A stretch of 40,000 bases of DNA from Lysobacterales bacterium (GCA_016703225.1 JADJCM010000001.1:832088-872087); one strand, 5' to 3'. Counted from the first letter of the stretch, positions 29,260-36,234 are shown. Translations and numbers: made by a program. The notes: a model not told the origin generated them from the sequence alone.

Positions 29260-29346
29260 TCTCCCTGCGAAATTTCTTGACCCGCCCCTTCCCCCCACCA
29301 CAGACTCCCGCCCATAGCCCGACCCTTCCGTCGGAGAATTAGCGTA
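29260..29346 (+). other. attI region (approximate) and attI/cassette-1 junction
   Basis: Unique sequence between intI and the first cassette. Identity to the duplicate cassette starts at 29345 (..AATTAGCG|TAGAAGCG..). Confidence 0.4.
29277..29306 (+). promoter_or_regulatory. candidate cassette promoter (Pc-like)
   Basis: TTGACC (29277-29282), an 18-nt C-rich spacer, then CAGACT (29301-29306). It faces the array about 40 nt before the first cassette. The -10 is weak and this is a by-eye call only. Confidence 0.25.
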
Positions 29347-29542
29347 GAAGCGTTTGTCCGAAGCCTTCCGCCTGCTTGTGCAGTAGGTCATTGCGCCGCA
29401 GGGTGCCGCGTTGTTGCGCGCGGTGGCGCCCTCATGCCGATCTCCTCTTGTTGGCCGCGCGCAGTGTTCGTGCGGTCAAGGGCGCGCGCTTCGAAGGTGG
29501 CCCCAGATCTCGCCGAAAGTTGCTCTGTCGCGAGAGGCCGCA

Positions 29543-29571
29543 TTGACGCGCGGGAACGTTCGTCGCATTGT
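29543..29571 (+). promoter_or_regulatory. promoter-like core of ORF-less cassette 1 (TTGACG-17-CATTGT)
   Basis: Lies inside the conserved block GCCGCATTGACGCGCGGGAACGTTCGTCGCATTGTCCGC (29537-29575). Confidence 0.3.
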
Positions 29572-29681
29572 CCGCACGTCGCAGCGCGCGCGAATGTCGG
29601 GCGGCCGTTCGTCAGTCGCCCACTCGCAGCGGTGCAGTCTCAGCCTTCGTCGGAGGTTCGCGGTTTCATGGGCGCAAACGT

Positions 29682-29771
29682 TTCTAACTATGTGTTCAAG
29701 CCGACCGCCGAGGAAGTTCTTCGTTTCAACCACAGCCTGTCGCGCGGCGGCGGCTTAACACGGCGTTAGCG
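29682..29771 (+). repeat. attC, cassette 1 (type A, 90 bp)
   Basis: TTCTAACTATGTGTTCAAGCCGACCGCCGAGGAAGTT...GTCGCGCGGCGGCGGCTTAACACGGCGTTAGCG. Confidence 0.85.
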
Positions 29772-29964
29772 TCGATTGCCCGTAGCCTTTTCTCAGGTTG
29801 TGCACCAGGTGAGCGTGTCGCAATCTGGCCGCGTGATCGTCGGCGCGCTCCATCGAGTTCGGGCTGTCGAGTGTTGTTCGTGGTCGCGTGCGCGCGGTCA
29901 TCGCTCGGCGCTTCGTTCACGCCCCAGAGCTCGCGAGTCTCTTCTTCATCGCCAGCTTGCCGCA

Positions 29965-29993
29965 TTGACGCGCGGGAGCGTTCGTCGCATTGT
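29965..29993 (+). promoter_or_regulatory. promoter-like core of ORF-less cassette 2
   Basis: The same 39-nt block at 29959-29997, with one A>G change. Confidence 0.3.
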
Positions 29994-30101
29994 CCGCATA
30001 CCAGCGAGCGCGAACTATGCGCGGTTGTTCGTCGGTCGCGCTTTTTCAGCGGTGCAGGCTCGGGCTTCGTCAGAGGTGTGCAATGTTTCCGCCGCAATCG
30101 T

Positions 30102-30195
30102 CTCTAACTATGTGTTCAAGCGGACCGCGCGGAAGTAGCGAATTCGCCCTGAACATTTCTCTTCGGCCGCGCGGCCGCTTAACACGGCGTTAGCT
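30102..30195 (+). repeat. attC, cassette 2 (type B)
   Basis: CTCTAACTATGTGTTCAAGCGGACCGCGC...GGCCGCGCGGCCGCTTAACACGGCGTTAGCT. Confidence 0.85.
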
Positions 30196-30198
30196 CTC

Positions 30199-30765
30199 AT
30201 GTTCACTCGGCGCGGCATTTCGATTGCTCTGCTGGTTCTTACGAGCCTCGGTGCAGTTGCCGTGTTCTACGTGGGCATCGCGTCCCTCAAGCCTTCTGCG
30301 CGTGCGCGCGCGGACGCAGAGCTTTTCCTGCCAGCACAGCCGCTTCTCCCAGGCGTTCCGACGGTCCTCAACATTTCCGGACGTCAGCTCGTCCTACTCC
30401 GGCCGACCGACGATCAACTCAGTGCCCTCAAGCGCCTGGATACCCATGTATGGGATCCATCTCGCAGCTCTTACAAGGCAGGCCTCGGTGCCTTTGTATT
30501 CTGGGGGGGCGATACTCGCCGTGGTTGTACCGTCAAGTATGTACCTCCCCACGAATCCACCCTTGTTCGCTACTCTCGGCCCGACGCGGAATGGCTCGGC
30601 GGCTTCGCGAGCGACATTTGCGAGTCAGCGTACGACCTTGCAGGTCGAACCATTCGCACGTGGCGTTACTCGTACAACGGGTTTACCGCAGCAACTCCAA
30701 ACCTTGAGTCTCCCGTGGTCCGGCCCTCGGGTCAGCGATTCGTGGTGTCGCTTCATGAGAGCTAA
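30199..30765 (+). CDS. cassette 3: membrane-anchored Rieske/PetA-like protein with degenerate cluster-binding boxes
   Basis: An N-terminal TM segment is followed by SLKPSARARADA and GRQLVLLRPTDDQLSAL. DTRRGC corresponds to CTHLGC, GGFASDICESAYDLAGR to GGWFCPCHGSHYD..GR, and ATPNLESP to PAP.NL.P. Confidence 0.6.
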   Translation: MFTRRGISIALLVLTSLGAVAVFYVGIASLKPSARARADAELFLPAQPLLPGVPTVLNISGRQLVLLRPTDDQLSALKRLDTHVWDPSRSSYKAGLGAFVFWGGDTRRGCTVKYVPPHESTLVRYSRPDAEWLGGFASDICESAYDLAGRTIRTWRYSYNGFTAATPNLESPVVRPSGQRFVVSLHES

Positions 30766-30849
30766 CTGTGTGTTCAAGCGGACCGCGCAACCTATGCTTC
30801 TTCAACGTGGTGGTCCGCGCCTGCGCGGCCGCTTAACACGGCGTTAGGT
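30760..30849 (+). repeat. attC, cassette 3 (type B)
   Basis: AGCTAACTGTGTGTTCAAGCGGACCGCGC...GCGCGGCCGCTTAACACGGCGTTAGGT. The ORF stop TAA lies inside R''. Confidence 0.85.
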
Positions 30850-30854
30850 GCCGC

Positions 30855-31364
30855 ATGACAGGTTTCGTTTGCGCAACGTGCGGAGAGCTTCATCGAGAAT
30901 TGCCACTTTGCTTTGGCAGTCCGGCACCTGCGCTTTGGCTATCGTTGCCCGAGGCGGAGCGCGAAGCACGCGCAACACTGAGCTCCGACCAGTGCATCGT
31001 TGATGATGAGCACTACTTTGTGCTCGGGCAACTCATCTTGCCAATCCTTGGAACGCCGCAGCATTTCACCTGGCTAGCTTGGGTGTCGTTGAGCGAGTCG
31101 AATTTCAATAGAGCCTCGGAGTTGTGGGAAGCCGAAGGGCGTGAAAGTGAGCCTCCATACTTCGGTTGGCTGCAAAGCGCACTCCCCTACAGCCCGTCCA
31201 CACTCGCCCTAAAGGCAACTGTTCATACCCAACCACTCGGCGAGCGCCCACTCATCGAGCTAGAGCGCACGGACCACCCGTTATCCATTGAGCAACACCA
31301 AGGCATTACCCTTGCTCGAGTGCAGCAAATCGCTGAGCACGCGCTGCACGGCGGCGGCGCCTAA
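30855..31364 (+). CDS. cassette 4: DUF2199-like protein
   Basis: FVCATCGELHRELP, SSDQCIVDDEHYFV, WVSLSESNF, PPYFGWLQSALPY, ERPLIELERTDHPL and QGITLARVQQI match the DUF2199 pattern as recalled. Confidence 0.65.
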   Translation: MTGFVCATCGELHRELPLCFGSPAPALWLSLPEAEREARATLSSDQCIVDDEHYFVLGQLILPILGTPQHFTWLAWVSLSESNFNRASELWEAEGRESEPPYFGWLQSALPYSPSTLALKATVHTQPLGERPLIELERTDHPLSIEQHQGITLARVQQIAEHALHGGGA

Positions 31365-31448
31365 CTATGTGTTCAAGCCGACCGCCGAGGAAGTTGCTCG
31401 TATCATCCACACACCGTCGCGCGGCGGCGGCTTAACACGGCGTTAGAT
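31359..31448 (+). repeat. attC, cassette 4 (type A)
   Basis: GCCTAAC...GGCTTAACACGGCGTTAGAT. The ORF stop lies inside R''. Confidence 0.85.
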
Positions 31449-31795
31449 GTCTTTGGCTCCTGGTGGTTTCTAAACATCTCCTAGCGTAGAGTGATGCCGC
31501 AGTAAACCATGGGTTCTGGTCACCCTGAAGCTTTGGGAAAGAGCTTGCAAGCCCGAGACCGGTTGTTCCGGGCGTGATGAAAGTGGGCTACTGGACAGAG
31601 CCAAGCCTCGTAGATGAGTCGCGAGTTCCCGCGAAGAGCGGGCGCGGAGGGAGTCCTCGGCGGTTGCCGTGCTTTGTGCTCGGGTGCTTTGTGTATTTTG
31701 CTTCGGCTAGTGTGCGCAGGCTCACTGGCGCGCCCCGAATTACATCTGGTGGAAATATTAGATATAGATGACACGATCAAGATCAGGGGGATGCA

Positions 31796-32290
31796 ATGAC
31801 TGGTGAAGTTCTCGGCTTTTTTGCTATTGCGTGCTTCTTGTTTCTATTTGTTTTCGCAATAGAAAAGATTGGTCAGAAACATGATGAAGAACGGAAGCAA
31901 ATGCTGAAGGAGCGTGAATTAACTAAAGTGTTGGAAGATCGAGAGTTTCAGCGTGATGCGAAATTGATTCTTCGGGAAGCCTTCATCGCGTCACTCGGCG
32001 AATTGGTTTCATCAGAATGGATATCATCGTTTTCTAACGAATCCATTGATTCGGGGGCGTTTCGTCGGGGCGAAGGATATCGTTTTACCTTAAGCGCCAA
32101 AGTTGAACGCGATGGGTGGTCGCGCCTGCGGAGAGATCCGAATAGCGACCAAGCAGCGTGGAGATCTGAGCTATTGAGGGTAGCAAAGGTAATCGCCGGA
32201 AATTTCTCCCTTGTTATTGATGAAATTCGCGTCACTGATTCATATTTTAGTATTAGATACACGACGAAGGGTGCTTGGTACCGTGAGTAG
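31796..32290 (+). CDS. cassette 5: hypothetical membrane-anchored protein, strongly low G+C
   Basis: 164-aa ORF with an N-terminal TM segment (VLGFFAIACFLFLFVFAI) and a charged coiled segment. AT-rich codon usage is unlike the host's. No family was recognised. Confidence 0.55.
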   Translation: MTGEVLGFFAIACFLFLFVFAIEKIGQKHDEERKQMLKERELTKVLEDREFQRDAKLILREAFIASLGELVSSEWISSFSNESIDSGAFRRGEGYRFTLSAKVERDGWSRLRRDPNSDQAAWRSELLRVAKVIAGNFSLVIDEIRVTDSYFSIRYTTKGAWYRE

Positions 32291-32631
32291 GAGCACGAGA
32301 TAGATCCATCGGTACGAGTCATTTGAACACGGCGGAACTTCGGAGAATCAGCCCCCTCGCGAGTTGAACACGTTTCGTGGCTTCGGTTCAGCTAGAAAAG
32401 CGGGTTTCATTCGCAGTAGTCCAAATTGGCGCTTAACCGGACGCCGGGTGGGCACTGCGGCGTCATCCCAACCTTGCCGGCGGGCGCGGACATGCGGCGG
32501 CGTGGGTGCGGAAGAGGCTTGCAGTCTGGGGAATTGCGGCCTTGACCCCAAGAGCTTTAGGGTGCAGTCTTTCGCAAGGGTTTGGTGGAGCCTGTTTTTT
32601 GCATTATCTCGGCACCACCGCAAGCAGAGAC

Positions 32632-32720
32632 ATCTAACTAAATGTTCAAGCCGACCGCCGTCCCACCAGTTCGCACTTACCACCGATGTCGCGCGGCGGC
32701 GGCTTAACATGGCGTTAGAA
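32632..32720 (+). repeat. attC, cassette 5 (type A variant)
   Basis: ATCTAACTAAATGTTCAAGCCGACCGCCG...GGCGGCTTAACATGGCGTTAGAA. Confidence 0.8.
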
Positions 32721-32912
32721 GCGTTTGTCCGGAGCTTTACGCCGGCTTGTGCAGTAGGTCATCGCGTCGCTTCGTGCCGCGCTGTTGCGCGCGGTGGCGC
32801 CATCACGCCGATCTCCTCATGTTGTCCGCGCGCAGGCGCGTGCGGCCATGGTCGCGCGCTTCGACAGTTGCCCCAGAGCTCGCCACAGGCTGTGCTGTCG
32901 CGAGTGGCCGCA

Positions 32913-32941
32913 TTGACGCGCGGGAGCGTTCGTCGCATTGT
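32913..32941 (+). promoter_or_regulatory. promoter-like core of ORF-less cassette 6
   Basis: The same 39-nt block at 32907-32945. Confidence 0.3.
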
Positions 32942-33051
32942 CCGCGCACCGCAGTGCGCGCGAATTTCGGGCGGCAGTTCGTCAATCGCCCACTCGCAGC
33001 GGTGCAGTCTCAGCCTTCGTCGGAGGTTCGCGGTTTCATGGGCGCAAACGT

Positions 33052-33141
33052 TTCTAACTATGTGTTCAAGCCGACCGCCGAGGAAGTTCTTCGTTTCAAC
33101 CACAGCCTGTCGCGCGGCGGCGGCTTAACACGGCGTTAGAA
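33052..33141 (+). repeat. attC, cassette 6 (type A)
   Basis: Identical to the attC of cassettes 1 and 7. It ends GTTAGAA. Confidence 0.85.
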
Positions 33142-33334
33142 GCGTTTGTCCGAAGCCTTCCGCCTGCTTGTGCAGTAGGTCATTGCGCCGCAGGGTGCCG
33201 CGTTGTTGCGCGCGGTGGCGCCCTCATGCCGATCTCCTCTTGTTGGCCGCGCGCAGTGTTCGTGCGGTCAAGGGCGCGCGCTTCGAAGGTGGCCCCAGAT
33301 CTCGCCGAAAGTTGCTCTGTCGCGAGAGGCCGCA

Positions 33335-33363
33335 TTGACGCGCGGGAACGTTCGTCGCATTGT
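33335..33363 (+). promoter_or_regulatory. promoter-like core of ORF-less cassette 7
   Basis: The same 39-nt block at 33329-33367, identical to cassette 1. Confidence 0.3.
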
Positions 33364-33473
33364 CCGCACGTCGCAGCGCGCGCGAATGTCGGGCGGCCGT
33401 TCGTCAGTCGCCCACTCGCAGCGGTGCAGTCTCAGCCTTCGTCGGAGGTTCGCGGTTTCATGGGCGCAAACGT

Positions 33474-33563
33474 TTCTAACTATGTGTTCAAGCCGACCGC
33501 CGAGGAAGTTCTTCGTTTCAACCACAGCCTGTCGCGCGGCGGCGGCTTAACACGGCGTTAGGT
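33474..33563 (+). repeat. attC, cassette 7 (type A)
   Basis: Same as 29682-29771 at offset 3792. It ends GTTAGGT. Confidence 0.85.
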
Positions 33564-33569
33564 CTGCAC

Positions 33570-33890
33570 ATGCGCGTCGATCGCACTCGTCACATTGACT
33601 CCAGCGAGCCCGATGCCTCGGGCATGCTCGACTACTACTACGAGTACGACATCTATCGTTTCGTCGAGGGCGCTGAGTGCCTCGTCGCGCGAAGCTACAC
33701 GGACTCGCCTCAGGAAGCGCACTTCCTCAGGTGGGAACTGGGCTCACAACAACGCTCCCTGCAACGCTCAGATTTCGCGAGGCCAGTTGCATTCGCAGCC
33801 GAAGCCTTCCTGAGATCCGAGGGCAAAATTGAACTGAAGTGGCTTGGTGAGCAAGGCACTTACGAGCGGCTCCCCGCGAGGCAGGCCTAA
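33570..33890 (+). CDS. cassette 8: hypothetical protein (106 aa)
   Basis: The ATG lies 8 nt after the GTTAG core and the stop lies inside attC R''. Composition is non-shadow-like. Confidence 0.55.
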   Translation: MRVDRTRHIDSSEPDASGMLDYYYEYDIYRFVEGAECLVARSYTDSPQEAHFLRWELGSQQRSLQRSDFARPVAFAAEAFLRSEGKIELKWLGEQGTYERLPARQA

Positions 33891-33974
33891 CTATGTGTTC
33901 AAGCCGACCGCCGAGGAAGTTGCTCGTATCATCCACAGCCCGTCGCGCGGCGGCGGCTTAACACGGCGTTAGAG
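33885..33974 (+). repeat. attC, cassette 8 (type A)
   Basis: GCCTAAC...GTTAGAG. The ORF stop lies inside R''. Confidence 0.85.
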
Positions 33975-33981
33975 CGCATCC

Positions 33982-34176
33982 ATGGGCCGGTTCAGAGAGT
34001 TGGAAGACTTCGAAAGTCGATTCGCAACCATGGATGTTCCGGAACTCCTTCGCTGGAAGACCTATTGGACACAGCATGCGCAGAATTTGGTGCCAAAGGT
34101 GCGGAAGGAAGCCATGCGTCGCGTCTACGAAATAGAAAAGGCCATTCACGCTCGCCAGTTGTCGCAAGAGCAGTAG
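33982..34176 (+). CDS. cassette 9: hypothetical small protein (64 aa)
   Basis: It is the only sizeable forward ORF in a 315-bp cassette. The ATG lies 9 nt after GTTAG. The sequence is helical and charged. Confidence 0.45.
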   Translation: MGRFRELEDFESRFATMDVPELLRWKTYWTQHAQNLVPKVRKEAMRRVYEIEKAIHARQLSQEQ

Positions 34177-34199
34177 TCAATGTCCTCCGCGTGCATGCG

Positions 34200-34289
34200 C
34201 TCTAACTATGTGTTCAAGCCGACCGCCGAGGAAGTTGCGCGTATCATCCAAGCTCCGTCGCGCGGCGGCGGCTTAACACGGCGTTAGGG
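34200..34289 (+). repeat. attC, cassette 9 (type A)
   Basis: CTCTAAC...GTTAGGG. Confidence 0.85.
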
Positions 34290-34294
34290 CTCAC

Positions 34295-34645
34295 GTGAGG
34301 TTTCTGCAACTGCTGTTGGTCGTTTCACTCGCATCTTGCGCAACCACTGTTGTGCCGGAGTCGTCGAGACTTTCAGGCCTACTGACTGTCCAAACCCACG
34401 TGCAGCATCCAAATGGCGGAGGCTCAATGCGTGAAGCACCAGTCATTGAACTGACCTCGCCCACTCTCTTTGATGGTGAAGAATTCGAGTCCGTCCAGCT
34501 AATTCTTGGCGAGCGTGAACTTGTCGAATGGAGCTCCCTTGCGGGCCGCACTGCGACAGTCCGCTGCTCTCCTTTGGAGCTGGGTACGTTGTGGGCACAT
34601 CGGCACCTGCAATGTCAGCCTGTAAGCATCAGTCCTGAGCCCTAA
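34295..34645 (+). CDS. cassette 10: lipoprotein (116 aa)
   Basis: GTG start. Lipobox MRFLQLLLVVSLASC. The stop lies inside attC R''. Confidence 0.55.
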   Translation: MRFLQLLLVVSLASCATTVVPESSRLSGLLTVQTHVQHPNGGGSMREAPVIELTSPTLFDGEEFESVQLILGERELVEWSSLAGRTATVRCSPLELGTLWAHRHLQCQPVSISPEP

Positions 34646-34729
34646 CTATGTGTTCAAGCCGACCGCCGAGGAAGTTGCTCGTATCATCCACACACCGTCG
34701 CGCGGCGGCGGCTTAACACGGCGTTAGGC
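34640..34729 (+). repeat. attC, cassette 10 (type A)
   Basis: CCCTAAC...GTTAGGC. The ORF stop lies inside R''. Confidence 0.85.
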
Positions 34730-34748
34730 TTCCTAGGGGATATCGCGG

Positions 34749-35222
34749 ATGGCGGGAATCTTGCGCAAGTTGTTTGGTCATCGAGCGCCTCCGGTCGTGC
34801 CCAAGGCCGACGACCCGTGGGTTGTTGCGGACGGAGTAATTGGCGGCAAGCCGCACCTATTCCGTGTTCGCACGAACGCCATGCGACTTGTGCGGTCCAC
34901 TGAGTACTCCGAGATGATTGCCATTTCGTGGGAATACGAGACCGACGCGAGTGGAATGCCCGGAGCTGAAGATCTCGGGAGAATGAAGGTTCTAGAAGAC
35001 CGGCTCGAGAACTGTCTCGAGACGGAGGGCGTGTCGTTGCTCACGGTCGTCGTCACAGGCGACGGGGTTCGCGAGTGGCAGTGGTACACGCGAAGCGTCG
35101 AGGACATGATGCGTATCGCAAACGAGGGACTCCAGGGCGAGCAGCCATTTCCGGTTTCTTTTTCGCACGAGCACGATCCCGAATGGCGCGCGTTCAAGCG
35201 GTTCGCGCAGACGGAAGCCTAA
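34749..35222 (+). CDS. cassette 11: DUF695-like protein (157 aa)
   Basis: ISWEYETDASGMPGAEDLGRMKVLEDRLENCLE...VVVTGDGVREWQWYTRS resembles DUF695 as recalled. The stop lies inside attC R''. Confidence 0.55.
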   Translation: MAGILRKLFGHRAPPVVPKADDPWVVADGVIGGKPHLFRVRTNAMRLVRSTEYSEMIAISWEYETDASGMPGAEDLGRMKVLEDRLENCLETEGVSLLTVVVTGDGVREWQWYTRSVEDMMRIANEGLQGEQPFPVSFSHEHDPEWRAFKRFAQTEA

Positions 35223-35306
35223 CTATGTGTTCAAGCCGACCGCCGAGGAAGTTGCGCGTATCATCCAAACACCGTCGCGCGGCGGCGGCTTAACACGGCG
35301 TTAGCC
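35217..35306 (+). repeat. attC, cassette 11 (type A)
   Basis: GCCTAAC...GTTAGCC. The ORF stop lies inside R''. Confidence 0.85.
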
Positions 35307-35321
35307 GCCAAGGAAAGTTCA

Positions 35322-35675
35322 ATGGAATGCCTATTGCACGAGGGCTCGACCGCCGTTGGCGTTTGCCAGTTCTGTGGCCGCGGCGTATGTCGAGCGTGTC
35401 GACTCAAGTCCTCGCAAGTGGTGGTGTGCTCCGAAGAGTGTGAACGAGCATCCGCTCTCACCCGCAAGGGCATTGCGGGGATGGTTCAAAAATCACTCCG
35501 CGTCACCTTGGTCACGGCTTGGTTCTGCTGGTTCATTGGCGGTGTATTTCTGGCCTGTGGCGTTGTCGAGGCGTTCCATGGCAAGAATATGCTTGCTGCT
35601 TTTCTCGCCGTTAGCGGCGCCATCTTTGTCGCCGTAGGTTTTGCGTATGCCAAGTCGGTCAGGAGTGGCGGCTAA
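35322..35675 (+). CDS. cassette 12: B-box-like zinc-finger membrane protein (117 aa)
   Basis: The Cys/His cluster CLLHEGSTAVGVCQFCGRGVCRACR...VCSEEC is followed by two hydrophobic helices. Confidence 0.55.
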   Translation: MECLLHEGSTAVGVCQFCGRGVCRACRLKSSQVVVCSEECERASALTRKGIAGMVQKSLRVTLVTAWFCWFIGGVFLACGVVEAFHGKNMLAAFLAVSGAIFVAVGFAYAKSVRSGG

Positions 35676-35759
35676 CTATGTGTTCAAGCCGACCGCCGAG
35701 GAAGTTGCTCGTATCATCCACACACCGTCGCGCGGCGGCGGCTTAACACGGCGTTAGGC
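35670..35759 (+). repeat. attC, cassette 12 (type A)
   Basis: GGCTAAC...GTTAGGC. The ORF stop lies inside R''. Confidence 0.85.
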
Positions 35760-35764
35760 GCATC

Positions 35765-36154
35765 TTGTTAACCCGCCCATGTCCACATTGCGGTGAGACC
35801 TCTATTTCGGGCAGCGCTTTGGTCGCGGCGTCGATCGGAGTGCCGCGACGCTGCACACGCTGCGGTGGGAGTGTCACGACCTCCGGTGCTACCAAACTCT
35901 GCGTAATCGTTTTCGCTGGCATTGGCTTGTTCGGCGGCGTCGCGGAGAGCATCAAGTATCGCTCGATGCTCGGGTACCTCTTCGCCGTTGCGGTGTGGGG
36001 CACGGGGTGTGCGTTGGTATTTCGCTTCGCTCGGGCAGAGGTCGGTTCCAAGCCCGGCGCCAGTCGTGCTGCCTGGACGGTCGCTGCTGGCCTCGCATTG
36101 CTAGTGGCGCTAATTCTTTGGTGGCGAAACAACGTCGCGCCCGCGCCTAACTAA
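35765..36154 (+). CDS. cassette 13: zinc-ribbon membrane protein (129 aa)
   Basis: TTG start (the only start upstream of the CPHC...CTRC zinc ribbon). Three hydrophobic helices follow. Confidence 0.5.
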   Translation: MLTRPCPHCGETSISGSALVAASIGVPRRCTRCGGSVTTSGATKLCVIVFAGIGLFGGVAESIKYRSMLGYLFAVAVWGTGCALVFRFARAEVGSKPGASRAAWTVAAGLALLVALILWWRNNVAPAPN

Positions 36155-36234
36155 GTGTTCAAGCCGACCGCCGAGGAAGTTGCTCGTATCATCCACACAC
36201 CGTCGCGCGGCGGCGGCTTAACACGGCGTTAGGT
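36145..36234 (+). repeat. attC, cassette 13 (type A)
   Basis: GCCTAACTAAGTGTTCAAGCC...GTTAGGT. Confidence 0.85.

Noticed and set aside
29388-29447. 15-codon minus-strand mini-ORF with a near-perfect SD (GAGGAG-6 nt-ATG) in ORF-less cassettes 1 and 7, with a counterpart in cassette 6 (MAPPRATARHEATR vs MRAPPRATTRHPAAQ).
   Set aside because: It is very short and absent from the paralogous cassette 2, and the peptide sequence is only partly conserved. It cannot be supported without expression data, but is worth remembering if the cassettes turn out to be transcribed on the minus strand.
29476-29733. Minus-strand ORFs that start inside attC sites (MVETKNFLGGRLEHIV.., also 32759..33103, 33727..33936, 38705..39010, 39051..39746).
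   Set aside because: Their shared N-termini are simply the conserved attC read backwards. Downstream parts are not conserved and overlap better-supported forward ORFs.
29411-29769. 111-115-aa ORFs in two + frames through ORF-less cassette 1. Equivalents occur in cassettes 2, 6 and 7, and the 254-aa ORF 32364..33128 spans an attC.
   Set aside because: Frames are not conserved between paralogous copies: cassette 2 requires non-triplet indels and substitutions show no codon periodicity. The ORFs run through attC sites, and their composition is shadow-like.
29657-29769. 33-aa + strand ORF (MGANVSNYVFKPTAEEVLRFNHSLSRGGGLTRR) preceded by GGAGGT and running through the attC of cassettes 1, 6 and 7.
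   Set aside because: Most of it is attC sequence, whose conservation is explained by recombination. The equivalent ATG in cassette 2 is in a different frame.
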